DNA from: an uncultured Verrucomicrobiae bacterium
GTDB taxonomy: Bacteria; Verrucomicrobiota; Verrucomicrobiia; Chthoniobacterales; UBA10450
Length of the DNA stretch: 64,000 nt
Assembly: GCA_963772365.1 (NCBI GenBank)
Contig: CAVYXA010000005.1
Location: 160,001-224,000 of the forward strand
Direction of reading: 5' to 3'
Position numbers and translations under genes: made by a program. Below are positions 9,629 through 17,236 of this stretch, one piece after another (the stretch's first letter is position 1; each line of letters begins with the position of its first letter). The notes below the pieces were generated by a model. The model worked only from the letters and a program-made list of their open reading frames with translations. It had not been told where the DNA came from and did no database searches.

Positions 9629-10855
9629 TCAGCGCCCCGGCATCATTTCCAGTAGGACGCCTTTGAAATATTCAGTTTCCGGAATTGTTGGCAGCACCGG
9701 ATGATCCTGTGCCTGTTCGAACCGGCGCAGCCGGCGAGCGGAACGCCGCGCATCGACAAGCGCATCGGCAATCGTTTGCGAAAAAGCCGCATCACTCACG
9801 TGATGCGAGCAGGAAAACGTCGCCAGCAATCCGTCCTTCGATAACAGCTTGAAAGCGCGCATGTGCAATTCGCGATAGCCTCGCAACGCATCTCGTAAAC
9901 CGCCTTTCGTTTTGGTGAACGATGGCGGATCCAGCACGATCAAATCGTATTGCGTGTCCGATTTAGCCGCTGCCCGAAGAAACTGAAACACATCCTGCTC
10001 GATCCATTGAACGCCGAGTCCATTCCGCTGCGCATTTGCTTTCGCAGCAGCGATATTCTCGGCGCTCTCCTCCACACCAGTCACTTCTGCAGCTCCGGCG
10101 CGCGCGCAGGTTAAGGCGAAAGCGCCCTGATTCGTAAAACAATCAAGCACGCGGCGATCACGGGCGTATCCGGCCACAACAGAATAGTTCTCCTTCTGAT
10201 CGAGGTAGAATCCCGTCTTTTGTCCGTGGAGAAGATCCACATCGAATTTTACTCCAGCGATTTCGATTTCGGTTTTCGCGGCATCCCCGTGCATCATGCC
10301 GTTGCGCAGCTCAAGTCCTTCCATCCGGCGCACTGCGACATCATTTCGCTCGATAACGCAGAAGGGTTGTAGGGCAGGCGCCTCGCCTGCCAGATGTTCG
10401 CCCCCGGCAACCGGAGCGGTTGCCTTACAAAAAACATGTTCCAGCGCTTGCACAATCAAATCTCGCCGCAGATCCATCGCCAGCGTGACCGTCTGTAAAA
10501 CGAAATGATCGCCATACCGATCGAGAATCAATCCCGGTAATCCATCACTCTCGCTCCAAACCACCCGCCGCAATTTTGGATCTACGGCGCGCCGGTCGCG
10601 ATATTCATTGGCCTGCGCGATCCGGCGTTTGAAGAAGTCGAGATCGAGATCCTGTTTCCGCCGCGAGAATCTCCGGGCCACGATTTGCGACTTCGAATTG
10701 TAAATCGCGCTGCCGATCAAATGATCCCGGCCGTCCCGGAGCGAAATCACATCGCCATCAGCCGGTTTTCCGAACAGCTTCAGGACCTCGCTGGAAAAAA
10801 CCCAGTCGTGTCCATGCAAAATTCGCGCCCGCGGTTTGACGACCAGTCCAGCCAT
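9629..10855 (-). CDS. RlmI-like class I SAM rRNA methyltransferase
   Basis: PUA start GHDWVFSSEV, SESDGLPGL, GQKTGFYLDQ, VLDPPSF, FSCSH. Confidence 0.9.
   Translation of the reverse strand: MAGLVVKPRARILHGHDWVFSSEVLKLFGKPADGDVISLRDGRDHLIGSAIYNSKSQIVARRFSRRKQDLDLDFFKRRIAQANEYRDRRAVDPKLRRVVWSESDGLPGLILDRYGDHFVLQTVTLAMDLRRDLIVQALEHVFCKATAPVAGGEHLAGEAPALQPFCVIERNDVAVRRMEGLELRNGMMHGDAAKTEIEIAGVKFDVDLLHGQKTGFYLDQKENYSVVAGYARDRRVLDCFTNQGAFALTCARAGAAEVTGVEESAENIAAAKANAQRNGLGVQWIEQDVFQFLRAAAKSDTQYDLIVLDPPSFTKTKGGLRDALRGYRELHMRAFKLLSKDGLLATFSCSHHVSDAAFSQTIADALVDARRSARRLRRFEQAQDHPVLPTIPETEYFKGVLLEMMPGR
10368..10429. repeat. GTAG-type REP doublet inserted in-frame in the rlmI-like gene
   Basis: tgtagggcaggcgcctcgcctgcc ... 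ggcaaccggagcggttgccttaca; each arm is self-palindromic. Confidence 0.8.
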
Positions 10856-10870
10856 GACGAACAATCCTAG

Positions 10871-11803
10871 ATGCAAACCACTCCACAATCGATTGTCGAT
10901 CTTCCCGGAATCAAAAAGCTGCGCAGCGGCAAGGTCAGAGAAGTATTTGATCTTGGCGATACACTCCTATTCGTGGTGACCGATCGGTTGTCGGCGTTCG
11001 ATGTCGTTTTGCCCGACCCGATTCCGCACAAAGGCGCGGTCTTGAATCAGCTCTCAGCTTTCTGGTTTAGAAGATTCGCCGACAAGATCGGGAAGCCCGA
11101 GAGGGGCGGCGATCCGGGAGGCGAGCTGCTCAACCACTTCGTCACCGCAGATTTCGAGAAGTTTCCGAACGAGCTGAAAAAATTTCGCGATCAACTTGCG
11201 GGCCGTTCGATGATCGTGAAGAAAACAAAGCCGCTCACGGTCGAGTGCGTGGTGCGCGGTTATCTGGCCGGTTCCGGATGGAAGGAATATCAAAAATCGC
11301 AGAGCGTATGTGGAATCAAATTGCCGGCCGGATTGCAGCTCGCCTCCCAGTTGCCCGAGCCGATCTTTACGCCGTCAACCAAAGCCGAACAAGGCCATGA
11401 CGAAAACATCGACATGGCTACATGCGCGAAAATGCTGGGCAACGAAATGGCGGAACGCGTCAGGAGCTTGAGTCTGGAAATTTATTCAAAAGGACGTGAC
11501 CACGCCGCCGCGCGCGGAATCATCGTGGCCGACACGAAGTTTGAGTTCGGGACTGTCGATGGGAAACTTCTATTGATCGATGAATGTCTCACCCCGGATT
11601 CGTCGCGGTTCTGGCCGGCCGATCAATACGTTGTCGGTCAAAGCCCGCCCAGTTTCGATAAACAATTCGTGCGCGATTATCTCGAGACGTTGGATTGGGA
11701 CAAGACGCCGCCTGCGCCCAGATTGCCGGCTGATGTGATTGAGAAGACCTCGGCCAAATACATCGAGGCATTTGAGCGGATCACGGGCGAGAAGCTCCTA
11801 TAG
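10871..11803 (+). CDS. purC: SAICAR synthase
   Basis: [58 protein letters not shown]. Confidence 0.98.
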   Translation: MQTTPQSIVDLPGIKKLRSGKVREVFDLGDTLLFVVTDRLSAFDVVLPDPIPHKGAVLNQLSAFWFRRFADKIGKPERGGDPGGELLNHFVTADFEKFPNELKKFRDQLAGRSMIVKKTKPLTVECVVRGYLAGSGWKEYQKSQSVCGIKLPAGLQLASQLPEPIFTPSTKAEQGHDENIDMATCAKMLGNEMAERVRSLSLEIYSKGRDHAAARGIIVADTKFEFGTVDGKLLLIDECLTPDSSRFWPADQYVVGQSPPSFDKQFVRDYLETLDWDKTPPAPRLPADVIEKTSAKYIEAFERITGEKLL

Positions 11804-11816
11804 CGCTTCTAAGAAA

Positions 11817-11915
11817 CTGTCATCCCGAGCGAAGTCGAGGGATCCCGTTGTCGAACCCAACGGCCATGCCACGGGATTCTTCGACCCCGAATATCTTTGG
11901 GGCTCAGAATGACAG
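11817..11915. repeat. GTCATCC...GATGAC-type palindromic element between convergent purC and mdh
   Basis: ctgtcatcccgagcgaagtcgagggatccc ... gggattcttcga[ccccgaatatctttgggg]ctcagaatgacag. Confidence 0.8.
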
Positions 11916-11923
11916 CGGGCGGC

Positions 11924-12910
11924 TCAACCGCCCAGCAATTCCGCCACCAGCGATTTCTCTTCCCTCAGCTCGGCGATCGATTTGTCGATCTTGTTCCGGC
12001 TGAAATCGTTGAGCGGGAGTTTCTGGACGATCTCCCATTTGCCGCCCTCAACTCGAACCGGAAATGATGAGATCAGGTCTTTTTCCACGTTGTAACTGCC
12101 ATCCGAGCAAACCGCGACGCTGTGCCAATTGTTTGATTCCGTGTCGTTAGTCAAAAAACGAACCGTATCGACAATGGCATTCGCGGCCGAGGCGGCTGAG
12201 GAAAGGCCACGCGCTTTGATGATCGCGGCGCCACGTTGTTGCACTGTGGCGATGAAGTCATTTTTCAGCCAGTTCTCATCGCCAATCACTTCGTTGGCCG
12301 GGCGATTGTCGATCTTCGCGTTGTAAAAATCGGGATACTGCGTTGAAGAATGGTTGCCCCAGATTGTCATGTTCGTGACGCGGTTGATCTCGACGCCAGC
12401 TTTATGTGCAAGTTGGGCCCGCGCGCGGTTCTCATCCAGCCGGGTCATCGCGAACCACCGGTCGCGCGGAATTTCCTTCGCGTTGTTCATCGCGATCAGA
12501 CAATTGGTATTGCACGGATTCCCGATCACCAGCACGCGGACATTGGCAGCGGCGTTTTTCTCAATCGCTTCCCCTTGGCCGATAAAAATTTTCCCGTTAA
12601 TGCCGAGCAGATCTTTGCGTTCCATTCCGGCCTTGCGCGGAACGCTTCCGACCAGCAACGCCCAGTTTACATCGCGGAATCCTTCATCGAGATCGGCCGT
12701 GGGCACGATCGATTGCACCAGTGGAAACGCACAATCGCGCAATTCCATCACCACGCCTTCCAGCGCGTTCAGAACAGCCGGAATCTCGATCAGATGCAGG
12801 GCCACCGGCTGATCCCTGCCGAACATTTCGCCGGAGGCGATTCGAAACAAAAGCGCGTATCCAATCTGCCCGGCCGCGCCGGTGACAGCGACTTTAATCG
12901 GTGATTTCAT
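11924..12910 (-). CDS. mdh: Malate dehydrogenase
   Basis: [41 protein letters not shown]. Confidence 0.97.
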   Translation of the reverse strand: MKSPIKVAVTGAAGQIGYALLFRIASGEMFGRDQPVALHLIEIPAVLNALEGVVMELRDCAFPLVQSIVPTADLDEGFRDVNWALLVGSVPRKAGMERKDLLGINGKIFIGQGEAIEKNAAANVRVLVIGNPCNTNCLIAMNNAKEIPRDRWFAMTRLDENRARAQLAHKAGVEINRVTNMTIWGNHSSTQYPDFYNAKIDNRPANEVIGDENWLKNDFIATVQQRGAAIIKARGLSSAASAANAIVDTVRFLTNDTESNNWHSVAVCSDGSYNVEKDLISSFPVRVEGGKWEIVQKLPLNDFSRNKIDKSIAELREEKSLVAELLGG

Positions 12911-12920
12911 GATTCAATTA

Positions 12921-13029
12921 GCCACAGATGAACACCAGCCTTCGTCTGAAACTACGGCTTGGCAAGTGGATGAAACACGGATTTCCAGAACAGAATTCTC
13001 ATCCGTGAATATCCGTGTTAATCCGTGGC
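12921..13029. mobile_element. Gene-less copy of the GxxExxY-flanking inverted-repeat element, with a 32-nt insert in the left arm
   Basis: gccacagatgaacac[insert]ggatgaaacacggat, 18-nt spacer, atccgtgaatatccgtgttaatccgtggc. Confidence 0.7.
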
Positions 13030-14720
13030 TAAGTTCTTTCGCTCTTCTCCAGCAATTCCCGAATCAATTTCATTCGCTTTCGTTCTTTCGGACTGCGCGC
13101 GATCTGCGCGATCGTACGGTTCATTCGACGGCTCCAATTTCCACTCGCCGCCGTTCCAGGAATGTTGAATCGATATTTGCGCGCCAGCAGATCTGTAATC
13201 ATGACCACCGCGATCCACGATTCGCTCTGGAAAAGCGCCTTCATGATCGCCGAATAAAAATCGTTCTCGTAGCTGATCGGTTCTTCCCGTGCCGAAACCC
13301 CGGCGAATTCGGCAATCTTGTTCAACGCGTCTCGCGCCTGGTCCGAAGTCGATGTGGTCCGCTCGACCGCTTCTTCCCACAACTTTCGCAACGGTTTGTG
13401 ATCGTGCGTGGCATACGTCGCAACGGAAAGCCGGTCGTACTCCGAACCGGGAGTAACACGTCCGCCATAGACTTCCCATTGCGGGATCTTGAAACCGGCG
13501 ATGCCGAGAGAGCGCAAACTTGGTCGCACATAATCGGGCACCGTCCCCAGATCTTCGCCGATCACCCGCTCATTGCCGGATTCCTCAAGAACGACGCGCA
13601 AGTATTTCTCTCCCTCCTGCCGGTTTGCTTCGCACTCCCGCGGATTCGAATCGTCTCGCGGAACAAAATGGGGCGCGCGGCCGCCGGTGCGTTCGAGCAT
13701 GTCATTCCACTCCAGATCTAAAAATTCCTTGTTCCGCGATGGTCGCCACGGGAACGCATAGATCCGATAAAATCCAAGCACATGATCGATCCGGAAAAGA
13801 TGAAAGATACGCCGGACGCCACGCACGCGCAGACGCCACCAATCGAAGTTGCGCGACCGCATCACATCCCAGCGATAGAGTGGGATCCCCCAGTTTTGTC
13901 CCCATTTTTGGGTAAACTCGTCGTCCTTGAAATATTGTTCCGGTGGCGCGCCTCCCGACCAGTCGAGCGCAAATTCGTCAGGCCGGGCAAAAACATCCGC
14001 GCTGTAATAACTGACCCCGAATGGGATGTCGCCCATCAAGGCCACTCCGCGTTCGTCGGCAAAATTTTTGATGTCGCGCCATTGCTCGTGCGCGATCCAT
14101 TGCACGTATCGAAACAAATTCTGTCGTTGTTCGAATCTTCGTCGTCGATCTTTCGGCAAACCGCGAAACCAGTCGTGTGCGGCAGCCGTGGTAGAAGTGT
14201 TCCATTGGTCCCAATTTTCTCGTTCGCCGTTCTCCTCCATCAGGGTGCGAAATAACGCATAGCCATCGAGCCAGTCGGTCTCCTCGCGGCAAAAGTCGCG
14301 GAACGCCGATTGTCGATCCTCGCCCGCTCCATCGCAAAACCGAGTAAAGGCTTTCTCCAGCAAGCGCCGCTTCAATTTCTTGACCGGCGCATATTTTACC
14401 GGGCAGCGCCGCAGTTTCGTTAGATCGACATCAGCGATAGCCGCCGAGAAATCCTCCGAAGTCAATTCCTTCGGGCTGCCCGGCGCGAGGTGAATCGTCG
14501 TCGGCTCGATCGCCATTGCACTGATCGCGTTGTAAGGACTATCATCGCCGCCGATTTCGTTAATCGGCAACAGTTGGATCAACTTGAATCCGCTCTCCGA
14601 GACCCAATCAATCAGTTGCCGCAACGTTTCCACGTCGCCAATCCCGAGATCGTCTTCCCGCCGCAGAGCGAATAATGGCGCCAGGACTCCCGCGATTTTT
14701 TTCTCCGGAGAAAGATTCAT
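13029..14720 (-). CDS. malQ: 4-alpha-glucanotransferase (GH77)
   Basis: LGIGD, QLLPIN, SPYN, MGDIP, GAPP, GQNWGIPLY, FRIDHVLG, GEDLG, THDH. Confidence 0.95.
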   Translation of the reverse strand: MNLSPEKKIAGVLAPLFALRREDDLGIGDVETLRQLIDWVSESGFKLIQLLPINEIGGDDSPYNAISAMAIEPTTIHLAPGSPKELTSEDFSAAIADVDLTKLRRCPVKYAPVKKLKRRLLEKAFTRFCDGAGEDRQSAFRDFCREETDWLDGYALFRTLMEENGERENWDQWNTSTTAAAHDWFRGLPKDRRRRFEQRQNLFRYVQWIAHEQWRDIKNFADERGVALMGDIPFGVSYYSADVFARPDEFALDWSGGAPPEQYFKDDEFTQKWGQNWGIPLYRWDVMRSRNFDWWRLRVRGVRRIFHLFRIDHVLGFYRIYAFPWRPSRNKEFLDLEWNDMLERTGGRAPHFVPRDDSNPRECEANRQEGEKYLRVVLEESGNERVIGEDLGTVPDYVRPSLRSLGIAGFKIPQWEVYGGRVTPGSEYDRLSVATYATHDHKPLRKLWEEAVERTTSTSDQARDALNKIAEFAGVSAREEPISYENDFYSAIMKALFQSESWIAVVMITDLLARKYRFNIPGTAASGNWSRRMNRTIAQIARSPKERKRMKLIRELLEKSERT

Positions 14721-14726
14721 TCCTTA

Positions 14727-14756
14727 GCCACGGATGAACACGGACGAAACACGGAT
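14727..14756 (+). repeat. Left 30-bp inverted repeat of the GxxExxY element
   Basis: gccacggatgaacacggacgaaacacggat (three CACGGAT-type units). Confidence 0.9.
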
Positions 14757-15151
14757 TAAAAGATCAGGCGTTTGTACTCAACTTTGAGTCGGCCGAAGTT
14801 GATTAGCAGACCAACCTTGAGCCCGGTTGCTTTTAGCTCGTTCAGCAATTGCGCCTCGTCCCGCTTGTCGTACTGCGGATTTACTTTGATTTCGACAGCA
14901 ACGGAATCGACGACTATCAAGTCGGCATCATAATCTCCAACGACGACGCCTTTGTATTGGACTTGAATGCGTTTTTCAATTTCTGCAGCGACACCGCGAT
15001 TGATCAATTCCACTTGCAATGCTCGCTGGTAGACTCGTTCCAGAAATCCATATCCAAGTTGCTGGTGAACTTCGAATGCAGCTCCGATGATCGCTTCGGT
15101 AGTAGCCCGGTGTAGCAGTTTGTCCGGGTGTTCGTCCTGGATTTCTAACAT
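14756..15151 (-). CDS. GxxExxY protein (PD-(D/E)XK nuclease superfamily)
   Basis: GFLERVY motif, ADLIV...VEIK catalytic motif, QLLNELKATG.KVGLLINFG. Confidence 0.95.
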   Translation of the reverse strand: MLEIQDEHPDKLLHRATTEAIIGAAFEVHQQLGYGFLERVYQRALQVELINRGVAAEIEKRIQVQYKGVVVGDYDADLIVVDSVAVEIKVNPQYDKRDEAQLLNELKATGLKVGLLINFGRLKVEYKRLIF

Positions 15152-15157
15152 TCCGTT

Positions 15158-15187
15158 ATCCGTGTTTCATCCGTGTTCATCCGTGGC
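15158..15187 (-). repeat. Right 30-bp inverted repeat of the GxxExxY element
   Basis: atccgtgtttcatccgtgttcatccgtggc is the reverse complement of 14727-14756 with one mismatch. Confidence 0.9.
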
Positions 15188-15192
15188 AAAAA

Positions 15193-17193
15193 TCAAGATC
15201 GGCTTACCTGCCAATCTTCGACGAGATTGTTTGGAATTTCTTTGAGGAACCGGGATGGCCTTTGGAAGACGTCGCCATAGCCGGCATTCAATCGCATGTG
15301 CGGATACGTGAGATACAGCTCGTCTTTCGCGCGGGTGATTGCCACATAGAACAACCGCCGCTCTTCTTCGAGCGCTTCACGAGTATCGAGCGAACGGCTG
15401 CTGGGAAACATTCCGTCGGTGAGCCAAATGACGAATACCGAATGGAATTCCAATCCTTTGGCCTGATGGACCGTGGAAAGATTCACCGCTTCTTTCTCCG
15501 CGGTCTGGTTCGGCGCAGCCTCAGCATCGACATTGCTGATGAGCGCGAGCTGGGCCAGAAATTCGTTTACATTCTTGAACTGACGCGAGAAAGCCGCCAG
15601 CTGGTTCAAATCTTCCTTGCGCAGCTCGTAATTGGTGAAGTTCACTTTCGCATAGTCATCGTAGATCGCTTCGACAACAGAGGTGATCATTTCCGAGGGA
15701 GGAATCGGCTGACCGCCCGGCGCGATCTCATTCAGGGTGTGCGCCAGTTGCGTCCAGGATTTCTTCGATTTCGCCGGCACATTCATCGCCAGAAATTCCT
15801 GTCCGAAGTTCTGGCCAGAATCGCGTATTCCGCTCTCCCATGTATTCCATAAATTCTCGGCGGTTCGATTTCCGATTCCGGGGAGCAACTTGACCATTCG
15901 CTTAAACGCAACTTCATCCCGAGGATTCGCCACGAATCGAATGAACGCCGTTACATCCTTGATGTGGGCCTGCTCGAAAAATCGGATCCCACTTGTGATC
16001 TGATAGGGAATGCCACGGCGGGAAAGCTCGAGCTGCAACTCGAGCGCGTGATAATGCGCCCGATATAACACCGCGATCTCGTTAAGATCGACATTCTCAT
16101 CGCGCAACTCGAGAATCCGTTGAGCCACGAATTGCGCCTGCTCACTCCCGTCGTTTAAGGCAACGACCGCAGGCTTGACCTCACTTGATTCCCGCGTCGG
16201 TGAAAGATTTTTCCGGAACTGCTCGACATTCGCAGCAATCGCCGCGTTTGCGACCTCCAGCACCTCTGGCACGCTCCGGTAATTCATCTCAATCTTGAAC
16301 ACCTGTGCGCCCGGATAGCGTTTCGGAAATTCGAGAATGTTCTTAAAGTTCGCGCCTCGCCAGGAATAGATCGACTGCGCGTCGTCGCCGACAACCATTA
16401 CGTTGCGATGTTCCGCTGCGAGCGTGTCGATGAAGTCGGCCTGGATCTTGTTCGTGTCCTGATATTCATCAACGAGGATGAATTGAAATTGCCGCCGATA
16501 AATCTCCGTGATCCGCTCGTGCTGTTTTAACATCGACAATGTCTTCTCCAGCAGGTCGTCGAAATCGACCGAGTTAGTGGCCTTTTTCTTCTTCTCGTAA
16601 CGCGCCTGGATATCTTTGATCTTGTCCAGTAGCGGGAGGAAATACGGAAATTTCTCGGCGAGCAATTCCTCGATTGGCGTTTCCGTGTTTACGACGAAGC
16701 TGAAAATTTCGGCCAGCACATCGCCTTTCGGGAACCGGATTTCCCTGGGATCAATTCCAGCGCTGGCCACTACAGTGTTGATCAAATCTTTTTGATCTTC
16801 ACGGTCCATGATGGTGAAGCCGCTGGAATAACCGAGCGCGCTGCCATGACGTCGCAGCATGCGATTCCCGATCGAGTGGAACGTCCCGCCCCAGATTCCA
16901 CTCGCATCAAAGGGCAGCAGATTCGCCACGCGATCGAGCATTTGGCGCGCGGCCTTGTTCGTAAAAGTGAGCAGCAAAATATTTCGCGGATCGATTCCGT
17001 TCTCGAGGAGATACGCCACGCGATATGTCAGCGTCCGTGTTTTGCCCGATCCCGCGCCAGCGATGACGAGCAGTGGCCCTGGCGGCGCGGTCACGGCCGC
17101 GTGCTGTTGCTCATTCAATTCCGCCGCATAATCGATATGGATCCCGCCGTCGCGGGATGCTGGTGCGTGTTGGAGCGTGTATTGGCGAGACAT
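15193..17193 (-). CDS. UvrD/PcrA/Rep family ATP-dependent helicase
   Basis: AGAGSGKT, TFTNKAA, VDEYQD, VGDDAQSIY, STVHQAKGLEF, EERRLFYVAITRAK. Confidence 0.95.
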   Translation of the reverse strand: MSRQYTLQHAPASRDGGIHIDYAAELNEQQHAAVTAPPGPLLVIAGAGSGKTRTLTYRVAYLLENGIDPRNILLLTFTNKAARQMLDRVANLLPFDASGIWGGTFHSIGNRMLRRHGSALGYSSGFTIMDREDQKDLINTVVASAGIDPREIRFPKGDVLAEIFSFVVNTETPIEELLAEKFPYFLPLLDKIKDIQARYEKKKKATNSVDFDDLLEKTLSMLKQHERITEIYRRQFQFILVDEYQDTNKIQADFIDTLAAEHRNVMVVGDDAQSIYSWRGANFKNILEFPKRYPGAQVFKIEMNYRSVPEVLEVANAAIAANVEQFRKNLSPTRESSEVKPAVVALNDGSEQAQFVAQRILELRDENVDLNEIAVLYRAHYHALELQLELSRRGIPYQITSGIRFFEQAHIKDVTAFIRFVANPRDEVAFKRMVKLLPGIGNRTAENLWNTWESGIRDSGQNFGQEFLAMNVPAKSKKSWTQLAHTLNEIAPGGQPIPPSEMITSVVEAIYDDYAKVNFTNYELRKEDLNQLAAFSRQFKNVNEFLAQLALISNVDAEAAPNQTAEKEAVNLSTVHQAKGLEFHSVFVIWLTDGMFPSSRSLDTREALEEERRLFYVAITRAKDELYLTYPHMRLNAGYGDVFQRPSRFLKEIPNNLVEDWQVSRS

Positions 17194-17236
17194 TTGGCGG
17201 TTCTGCAACGAACCGCAGCAACCGGTTCGACGCAAC

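Larger units (their letters stand above)
14727..15187 (-). mobile_element. Putative GxxExxY nuclease cassette bounded by inverted repeats
   Basis: 461-bp unit: IR, nuclease gene, IR (29/30 complementary), sitting between uvrD-like and malQ. Confidence 0.65.

Noticed and set aside
12882..13721. 279-aa plus-strand ORF
   Set aside because: Antisense shadow of malQ running through a repeat; no motifs.
14727..14756. CACGGAT units as a mini-CRISPR or iterons
   Set aside because: No unique spacers, only three units per arm, arranged as inverted pairs; no rep gene.
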